Assembly (NCBI GenBank): GCA_964016885.1
Contig: OZ024747.1
Location: 55,676,001-55,740,000 of the forward strand
Reading direction: 5' to 3'
Length of the DNA stretch: 64,000 nucleotides
From: Eledone cirrhosa
Taxonomy: Eukaryota
The notes below the pieces were generated by a model that was given only the letters and a program-made list of their open reading frames with translations, had not been told where the DNA came from and made no database searches. The stretch's first letter is position 1. Each line of letters opens with the position of its first letter. Positions 53,895 to 64,000 of this stretch are shown here, piece after piece. A program made the position numbers and the translations under genes.

Positions 53895-56385
53895 ATGTTA
53901 ATCAAAGACTATCTTCCATTGTCACTCAAGGACATCCCAATCCCATCTAAGAATACCTATGTGAAATGGCTGATAAGTAGTATTAATTCATTTATTAAAA
54001 GAATAAGATGGCATGTTTTCCATTATGATAGAAACCGTGGAAATAAACCTCAAGATTTACATCCTAATGATACTTATGGTTCCAAAACATATTAAAAAAA
54101 ACATTGCATAATGTCTTATTGAACCCTTTTGAAAACGAATTATTAATGCTCGTGAAGAATATTAAGTATAGAAAACTTTATGTGAAAAACAATCATTTCT
54201 TCAAAAACCTTAATTCTACTATTAAATACTTTAATAAAAATAAGAATAACTTAGTCCTAGCTGATAAAACCAAAAATATCTATAGCCTTATAGAAAATTT
54301 ATATATAAGGAATTACAAAAGAATTATAAGAAAACCACATCTAAAAACTTAGATTACATAAATATTGTAAGTAAATAAAAACTTGAAAAGTATACTCAAC
54401 CTTATACCCCTTACCCACCCAAATTTACTTTGAAGGATCATAAGGAGGATTTTGATATTAATCCTACTGTTAGATTAATATGCCGATCTAAGTCTGACAT
54501 TGGTATAATTAGTAAAAGAGTTCTAGATAAAATTATCCCCCAAATCAAACAAGTTCCATTTCAACCTTTGGGGTAATACTAGAGAAGTGATTGATTGGTT
54601 CATTATTATAGGTGACAGTAAGTCTAAGAAGTTTATTCAATTCGACATTAACTCTTATTATACATCTATCTCTCCTATTCCATTGAATAAGTTTCTTATT
54701 ATGGCCATGGATAATAGTGACTTCACTAGATCCCAAGTAGATATTATTCTTGCGGCCCGTAAGACTATCATCAAATTTGAAGATCAATTATGGACCCATA
54801 AGTATACACCTAATAATTTTGATATCACTATGGGGTCTAGTGATTCTGCACAGGTCGCTGATTTAGTTTGATTATACCTTTTAAGTAAATTGATAAAACT
54901 TTACCTTACCTGAAGGATTGATTATATTGCGATGATGCCTTATTTATTTTAGATTATAAAAAATATAAAATTGAAATAACTAAGAAGGGACTACATAAAT
55001 TTTTCAAAAGTATTAATCTAAGTATTACTTTAGATAAGAACACCAACACTGTTAATTTCCTTGATGTTACACTATGCTTGGATTCTAAAACCTTTATACT
55101 TTACCATAAACCTAATGAAAATCTTTTTTTATGTTGATACCAATTCTAACAACCCTAGATATGTCTTAAATTCAATTATTAAAGGTGTATCTAATAGAAT
55201 TAGTAATTTATCTTATAATGAAGCTATCTTTAACCAAAATGCTCATTATTATAATGAAGCTTTATCACGTTATGGATATAAAAATAAAATTAAATTTGTG
55301 CCTAAAATCTCTTTTGCTTCACATAATATGGTTATGAAAAAACCTAGAAATTTTCAAACTAATAAAGATAATAATATTATTAACGGAAACAGTGGATAAA
55401 ATAATGATATGCACCCTTCTACAGTTCCTCCCAGTACTAATAAAAAACATCTTAAAGATTAGAAAAATATTGTGAATAAAAAGTATAGTGTTTACACTAA
55501 ACCTAACATCTGTAATACTAAACATAGTACTGAAGGTCATAAGGACACACTTAGTGAAAAAAAAAAAATAGAAGAAGGCTTAATTCATATTTTAATCCAC
55601 ATTTCAACTTAAATGTTTCTACTAATATACTGAGAGTATTCTTCTCTATTTTTGAAAAAACATTAGCACTTGATCACAAATACCATAATTTAATTAATAG
55701 AAAAACCATTAAAATGTCTTATTCTACCACACCTAACATAGCAAGAAAAGTAGTAAATATTTTTCTTCTTATAACTTAAATAACAATTCATTACCAGTTG
55801 ATACACTTAACAATATTGTATCTAATAATTTTAGTAACCACTCTCATAATGCATTAATTTCTAGGACTTAGGAATAATAATAGCAATTCTAGCACTCATA
55901 TAACTAACTCTAATAACTCTTAACATCTTTACCGTAAAAACTGCTTAATTAATAGTTATAATTGTAATTGTAGGCCGAATAGCGTATGCTCTCTTAATAG
56001 AAATTTCCTTTGTTAAGAATATTATTAATTCCTGCACTGTCATAACTTCCACCAACTCCAAACCCTATATCTGTTCTACATCGAATAGTTTTAAGGTGAG
56101 GTATAATTCCCATCTTCATACTTTCAAGAACTCTAAGCTTAAGCATGCTACTTCTTTATCTAGTTTCATATCATCTTTGAAGAGTAATAATACACCTTAC
56201 ACCCTATCCTGGAATATGATTACAAAACTTCTTATAAACCTCCCAATAAATTGTGTAACAATTGCCTTCTTGAGTTCCATACTATTATTTATTCTAAATT
56301 AAATTTATTAAATAGGAAATCTGAAAATTTTTCCGCTTGTCTTCATATTAATAAACATTCTTTTTACTATTTTAGACTTAGTAAC
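53895..56385 (+). mobile_element. Decayed near-full-length Penelope-like element (RT + C-terminal GIY-YIG; Naiad-like signatures)
   Basis: SLKDIPIPS..FIKRIRW; [19 protein letters not shown]; QFDINSYYTSI; FDITMGSSDSAQVADLV; YCDD; NFLDVTL; SNNP; CNCR; FKVRYNSH..ATSLS..W; CNNCLLE..LLNRKSE..CLH; many stops and frameshifts. Confidence 0.85.
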
Positions 56386-56589
56386 TAATTTATACCAACG
56401 TAGATTTATACCTTACTTTTTAGTAACATTAGTATCATTGCATTCTTCTTACTTCCCATTTCTCATCCCTTCTGTTATGAATACAATTTATAAGCACCCC
56501 TTCACACACACACACACACCTATCAAGTACATATATATTTTCTAAATACAATGTAATAGTGAGTTGATGCTGGTGATGATGACAATGAT

Positions 56590-56777
56590 AATAATTATTT
56601 CTACTTTTGGCACATGGCCAGCAATTACGCCAGTGAATTACTGGTGCTTTATTTTATCGACCTTGTATGGATGAAAGTTGACCTCGGCGGGATTTGAACT
56701 CACATTATAAAGGGCCAATACTCTATGCTTTTCAGCATAGTGTCCTGCCCTCCACTGTTACAGCCAATCCACTGCAC
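56590..56777 (-). mobile_element. SINE family A
   Basis: Same consensus. Confidence 0.85.
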
Positions 56778-57030
56778 TTGACAATGATACTAATGATGTA
56801 CAGATAAAAAACAGAAGCCAACCAATGAGCAATCAACGGATTGGTAAATGAAACGACAGCAACCACAGAAAACATCATGATTTAGAAACTTCCCTATGAA
56901 ATAATACTCATATAAAACAAAAATAAATCAACACTGATGTATGTATAATCAGTTTGAAATGACAAGAAAGAGAGCTATTGCCTGAAGTTGTTAGAATCCA
57001 ATATTAATAAAAAGATAATTACATATATAA

Positions 57031-57062
<32 letters not shown>

Positions 57063-57191
57063 AAATATATTTATTCAATTGAAGAAAGTTAGTTAATTAA
57101 AAACCTGCTGACTATTTTTAACAGATGTGAAGCACTCCACAGTTTTTATTCATCCAGAGTTTTATTATAATAAAAAAGACGGTTTTATTCG

Positions 57192-57293
57192 TACATCCCT
57201 ATTTTATTCATTATTCCAATTTGAAAGATGTAAGGCAGTTTTATAATAACTGCCCAACGTGTTCTCTTCAGACAAGTATCCAAATGGGATGTA
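57192..57293 (-). ncRNA. Degenerate HHR with extended stem I
   Basis: UACAUCCC..CUGAAGA-GAA..GGCAGUU/AACUGCC..UUC-AAAU(UGGA)AUA..GGGAUGUA; G12 lost. Confidence 0.5.
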
Positions 57294-57873
57294 AAGTTCC
57301 ATTTATATGTTACTGGTCATACGTGTTATTCACGTCGTCGAACAGTAAGCATATATCCGAATTTCTTAAGTAGCAGTTCTTATATGAGTGTGAGGTAGTT
57401 GTTCCCGTTGGCCTTGTTGATTGTAAACTAGCTAGGGTATAAAGTTAACAAATGTGTTGCTTGATTCATAGTAAGGCATGTAGGAACTGTTAGTCAATTT
57501 TTTTTTTTTTATATATATTTCTATATAAACGTTTTCTGGACTAGATTTTATTCACTTAGATATTAATTTTAATTCTAGATATTTTTACTTTGATGCTGAT
57601 TTTATAATGTATCTATATAATTATGAATGGTTAATTAATTATTTGGTGGTCTATTTTATATTATTTACTGAAGTTTTAACTATATACTCTACGGAATGAC
57701 TTATTTATTTTGTGTAAACAAGTATTAAAGGTTTCAGAGCATTTATTAATTATTTTGTGCCTACTATTTATGATGTGTAAAGTCTCTGTAGTACAGAGGT
57801 CACACCTTCTAGATATAGATCCATGTATATAGGGAAAAGCATGTGAAAGTTTTGAAACACACACACACATATA

Positions 57874-57928
<55 letters not shown>

Positions 57929-58161
57929 TGTATATATATAGATGTGAGTGTAAATACAGGCATGCATGCACATATATAGGTATATATGTATCACTTACAT
58001 ATCTATTTCCTTTTCAATGTCCTTACCAACACACATATAGAAGAGTGCTCAAAAACTTCACAGATGCAAGCATACACAGAGTAAAACACACAAAACACAC
58101 ATATATATATGTGAATATATATTTATATCACACACTCACATGAGTGTGTAAATATATTAAC

Positions 58162-58222
58162 ATAGACACACATATATTTATATCACATGCATACATATGT
58201 ACATATATATTTACATATACAC

Positions 58223-58294
<72 letters not shown>

Positions 58295-58348
58295 TTGTGT
58301 GTATATGTAAATATATTTGTACATATGTATGCATGTGATATAAATATA

Positions 58349-58359
<11 letters not shown>
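58162..58359. repeat. ~65-bp inverted repeat around (TA)n
   Basis: Arms reverse-complementary with one mismatch. Confidence 0.85.
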
Positions 58360-58395
<36 letters not shown>

Positions 58396-58752
58396 AAAAC
58401 CCAATATAAGAAGCAAACAAAAGGCCAGTCTACTAGAAAACTCTCCTCTCACTAGATATAAATGTGACCAATCTCTAGATAAAATTCTATGCATGGATTA
58501 TAGTTTCTATGAGGATCAAATCCAGAAGTGACCTTTACCTATCTCCCTCCCATCATTCACCAAGGGACAGTGATACGTCTCATTGTTAGACACCATTTTT
58601 ATTACAATGTTTTATACAAGTTTATATTATTCTAATTTGTCTTGTACTTTTTGGTTTTTATATATACGTCCCACCCTTGCAAGCAGGAAAAAGCGGACGT
58701 AAAATGATGATGATGATTATGATGATGATGTATATGTGTGTATATATACATG

Positions 58753-58783
<31 letters not shown>

Positions 58784-58829
58784 ATGTGCATGTATTAATA
58801 TATATATATTTATATATGTTTATATATGC

Positions 58830-58864
<35 letters not shown>

Positions 58865-58967
58865 CTTATATACATTTATATACTCACATATATATATTGT
58901 ACAGTTAGAATTTCTGTGAGTGTATGTGTCTATATATGTGTTTGTATGTGTGCCATACGCTTATATA

Positions 58968-59060
<93 letters not shown>

Positions 59061-59102
59061 TCATCTACGCATGCACATATCTGTATTTATATATATATAT
59101 AT

Positions 59103-59383
59103 ATCATCATCATCATCATCATCATTTTACGTCCACTTTTTCCCTGCTTGCAAAGCTGGGACGGGAACTGATTCTGGCTTAATTTCTACAGCTGGATGCC
59201 CTTCCTAACACCAACCTCATTTACAGTGAGTAGTGGGTGCTTTTTTGCCGTGGCACCTCCACGACCACTTTGCAGTTGAATGATATGGACACCAGTCCTT
59301 ATTATCTCATTTTTACAGCTGAGTAATCTGGAGCAATGTGAAATAAAGTGTCTTGCTCAAGGAAACAACACATCACCCGGTCT
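59103..59383 (-). mobile_element. SINE family B, 5'-truncated
   Basis: Consensus match. Confidence 0.9.
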
Positions 59384-59413
59384 ATATATATAGAGATATG
59401 TGCATGCATAGAT

Positions 59414-59764
59414 GTCATCATCATCATCATCATCATTTCATTTTACGTCCACTTTTCCCTGCTTGCAAGGGTGGGACGGGAACTGATTCTGGCTTGATTT
59501 CTACAGCTGGATGCCCTTCCTAACACTAACCTCATTTACAGTGAGTGCTGGGTGCTTTTTTTGCCGTGGCACCTCCACGTCCACTTTGCAGTGGAATGAT
59601 AGGGACCCCAGTCCCTATCATCTCATTTCTACAGCTGAGTAAACTGGAGCAATGTGAAATAAAGTGTCTTGCTCAAGGAAACAACACATCACCCGGTCTG
59701 AGAATTGAACTCACAACCTTTCGATTGCAAGGCCAATGCTCTAACCACTAAGCCATGTGCCTCC
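59414..59764 (-). mobile_element. SINE family B, full length (tail-only fragments also at 8487-8526, 58667-58730, 60109-60162)
   Basis: A-box, GAGTTCAATTCTC B-box, CORE-like domain, RTE tail. Confidence 0.92.
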
Positions 59765-59770
59765 TATATG

Positions 59771-60104
<334 letters not shown>

Positions 60105-60190
60105 CATACTCCAAACCCATGCAAGCGTGGAACACGGACGTTAAACGATGATGATGATGATGACATACATCTATGCATGCACATATCTGC

Positions 60191-60226
<36 letters not shown>

Positions 60227-60551
60227 GTATATACATATATATGCATACACATATATGTATGCATATATATATATGTGCATATATATATATATATATGTGT
60301 GTGTATGGATATATATATATATATGTCTTATATAGTATTGATTATTATTAATACTTAGACACAATATAGTCCATCCTAGGGAAATTACCTCTAGTACTTA
60401 CATTTATGTGAATCAGCTTTATCTGTTTTTTTAATACATATTTGATTCATTATTAGTTTTCTGTGTTTTTTAAAGGTAAACAAGAAATGTTAAGCTGCTA
60501 TAATGGTTTCTTTACAATTTTGTACATGTGTGTGTATATATATATATAAAT

Positions 60552-60679
<128 letters not shown>

Positions 60680-60738
60680 TATATATATATATTTATATAC
60701 ATACACATACATATATATGCATATATATACATACATGG

Positions 60739-60781
<43 letters not shown>

Positions 60782-60862
60782 TATATATATATACATATAT
60801 ATACATACATATATATATATATATATATACATACATATACATATATATATACATACATACAT

Positions 60863-60893
<31 letters not shown>

Positions 60894-61310
60894 CATATAT
60901 ATACAAACATATATATAAATACATATACATACATTCATACATATATATACATACATATAGATACATACCATTGGCAAAGGGTAACCTGGAAAGATGGGCT
61001 TGCACTCCAATCGCAATGGCGGAAAGTGGGGCTGCATGTAGTGTTATCTAATGTGTGTGTGTGTGTGTATGTTATCTTTTTATATGTCTACGATTTAGTA
61101 AGCAATCAAAATTCTGCTTGCCCCAAGGCTGTCGTGTGTTTGTGTGTATGTGTGTTTGTGTGTATGTGTGTGTGTGTGTTATGTTTTTTTGTGTCTATAC
61201 GTTTTAGTAAGCAGCCAAAATTCTGCTTGCTTCAACCGATGCAATTGATCAACTCAAGATTTTATAACACATGCACTGCATGCGTTGCATGCACGGACCC
61301 TTCGCCCCTG

Positions 61311-62184
61311 ATACATACATACATATAGATACATACATACATATACATACATACATATACATACATATACATACATATACATACATATACATACATATAC
61401 ATACATACATATAGATACATTCATACATATACATACATACATATACATACATACATATAGATACATACATACATATACATACATACATATACATACATAT
61501 ATATACATATACATACATATACATACATATACATACATAGATATAGATACATTCATACATATAGATACATACATACATATACATACATACATATACATAC
61601 ATATACATACATATACATACATAGATATAGATACATTCATACATATAGATACATACATACATATACATACATACACATACATACATATATATACATACAT
61701 ATACATATAGATACATACATACATATACATACATACATATACATACATACATATATATATATACATATAGATACATACGTATAGATACATACATATAGAT
61801 ACATACATACATATACATACATATACATACATATACATACATATACATACATATACCTAGATATACATACATACATATACATACATATATATACATACAT
61901 ATACATACATACACATACATACATATACATACATACATATACATACATACATATAGATACATACATATAGATACATACATACATATACATACATTCATAT
62001 ATATACATACATATACATACATATACATACATATACATACATACATATACATACATATGGATACATACATATAGATACATACATACATACACATACATAC
62101 ATATACATACATATACATACATATACATACATACATATACATACATATACATACATATATATACATACATATACATACATATAC

Positions 62185-62215
<31 letters not shown>

Positions 62216-62424
62216 CAGACATATACATACATATACATACATACATATATATACATACATATACATATAGATACATACATATACATACATACATATACAT
62301 ACATACATATATATATATACATATAGATACATATGTATAGATACATACATATAGATACATACATACATATACATACATGCATATACATACATATACATAC
62401 ATACACAAAGATATACATACATGC

Positions 62425-62457
<33 letters not shown>

Positions 62458-63704
62458 CATACATATACATACATACATATATATACGTACATATACATAT
62501 AGATACATACATACATATACATACATACATATACATACATATATATATATACATATAGATACATACGTATAGATACATACATATAGATACATACATACAT
62601 ATACATACATATACATACATATACATACATATACCTAGATATACATACATACATATACACACATACATATATATATACATACATATACATACATACACAT
62701 ACATACATATACATACATACATATACATACATACATATAGATACATACATATAGATACATACATACATATACATACATTCATATATATACATACATATAC
62801 ATACATATACATACATATACATACATACATATACATACATATGGATACATACATATAGATACATACATACATACACATTCATACATATACATACATATAC
62901 ATACATATACATACATACATATACATACATATACATACATATATATACATACATATACATACATATACATACATATACATACATACATATACATACATAT
63001 ACATACACACATATAGATACATACATACATATACATACATGCATATACATACATATACATACATACACAAAGATATACATACATACATATATATACATAC
63101 ATATACATACATATCGATACATTCATACATATAGATACATATATACATATACATACATTCATACATATACATACATACATATACATACATATACATATAT
63201 ATATATACATATAGATACATACGTATAGATACATACATATAGATACATACATACATATACATACATATACATACATATACATACATATACCTAGATATAC
63301 ATACATACATATACATACATACATATATATACATACATATACATACATACACATACATACATATACATACATACATATACATACATACATATAGATACAT
63401 ACATATAGATACATACATACATATACATACATTCATATATATACATACATATACATACATACATATACATACATATGGATACATACATATAGATACATAC
63501 ATACATACACATACATACATATACATACATATACATACATATACATACATACATATACATACGTATACATAAATATATATACATACATATACATACATAT
63601 ACATACATATACATACATACATATACATACATATACATACATATACATACATACATATACATACATGCATATACATACATATACATACATACACAAAGAT
63701 ATAC

Positions 63705-63745
<41 letters not shown>

Positions 63746-63750
63746 CATAC

Positions 63751-63783
<33 letters not shown>

Positions 63784-64000
63784 CATATATATACATACAT
63801 ATACATACATATACATACATATCGATACATTCATACATATAGATACATATATACATATACATACATTCATATATATACATACATATGCATACATATACAT
63901 ACATATACATAGATATACATACATACATATAGATACATACATATAGATACATACATATACATACATATACATAGATATACATACATACATATACATACAT
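61311..64000. repeat. (TACA/TATACA)n satellite with ~630-780-bp higher-order periodicity
   Basis: Rare markers recur: CCTAGAT at 61856/62634/63290; ATGGAT at 62057/62841/63475. Confidence 0.92.

Noticed and set aside
54869-54871. In-frame TGA in the PLE as a selenocysteine codon
   Set aside because: Falls at the expected Gly of DLVGLY (GGA>TGA) in a heavily decayed copy, not at a Cys position

Overview
AT-rich, repeat-saturated animal genomic DNA. The microsatellite load and the SINE/LINE repertoire suggest an octopod cephalopod, but this is inference. No host protein-coding gene can be supported, and almost all long ORFs in the track are translations of simple repeats. Recognisable content includes a 5'-truncated, near-intact RTE LINE with an internal PHD-type finger (15265-18443) and many RTE 3' fragments. 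There are also two tRNA-derived SINE families, L1/Tx1 fragments, R4/Dong-like restriction-like-endonuclease (RLE) fragments in (TACA)n, a decayed near-full-length Penelope-like element (PLE, 53895-56385), a second PLE GIY-YIG fragment, and two multi-kb higher-order simple satellites. The main signal is a dense set of short non-coding inserts in (TA)n tracts carrying type I hammerhead ribozyme (HHR) folds, at more than a dozen loci from several unrelated sequence families. Many are fold-back palindromes with an unpaired 3' tail that begins with a structurally conserved, sequence-covarying ACUC-stem-loop-2nt bulge-GAGU hairpin. One locus is a 310-bp tandem array with one minimal HHR per unit, i.e. 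a retrozyme-like potential circRNA source (45198-46200). All folds were derived by eye and need Infernal/RNAfold and biochemical confirmation.
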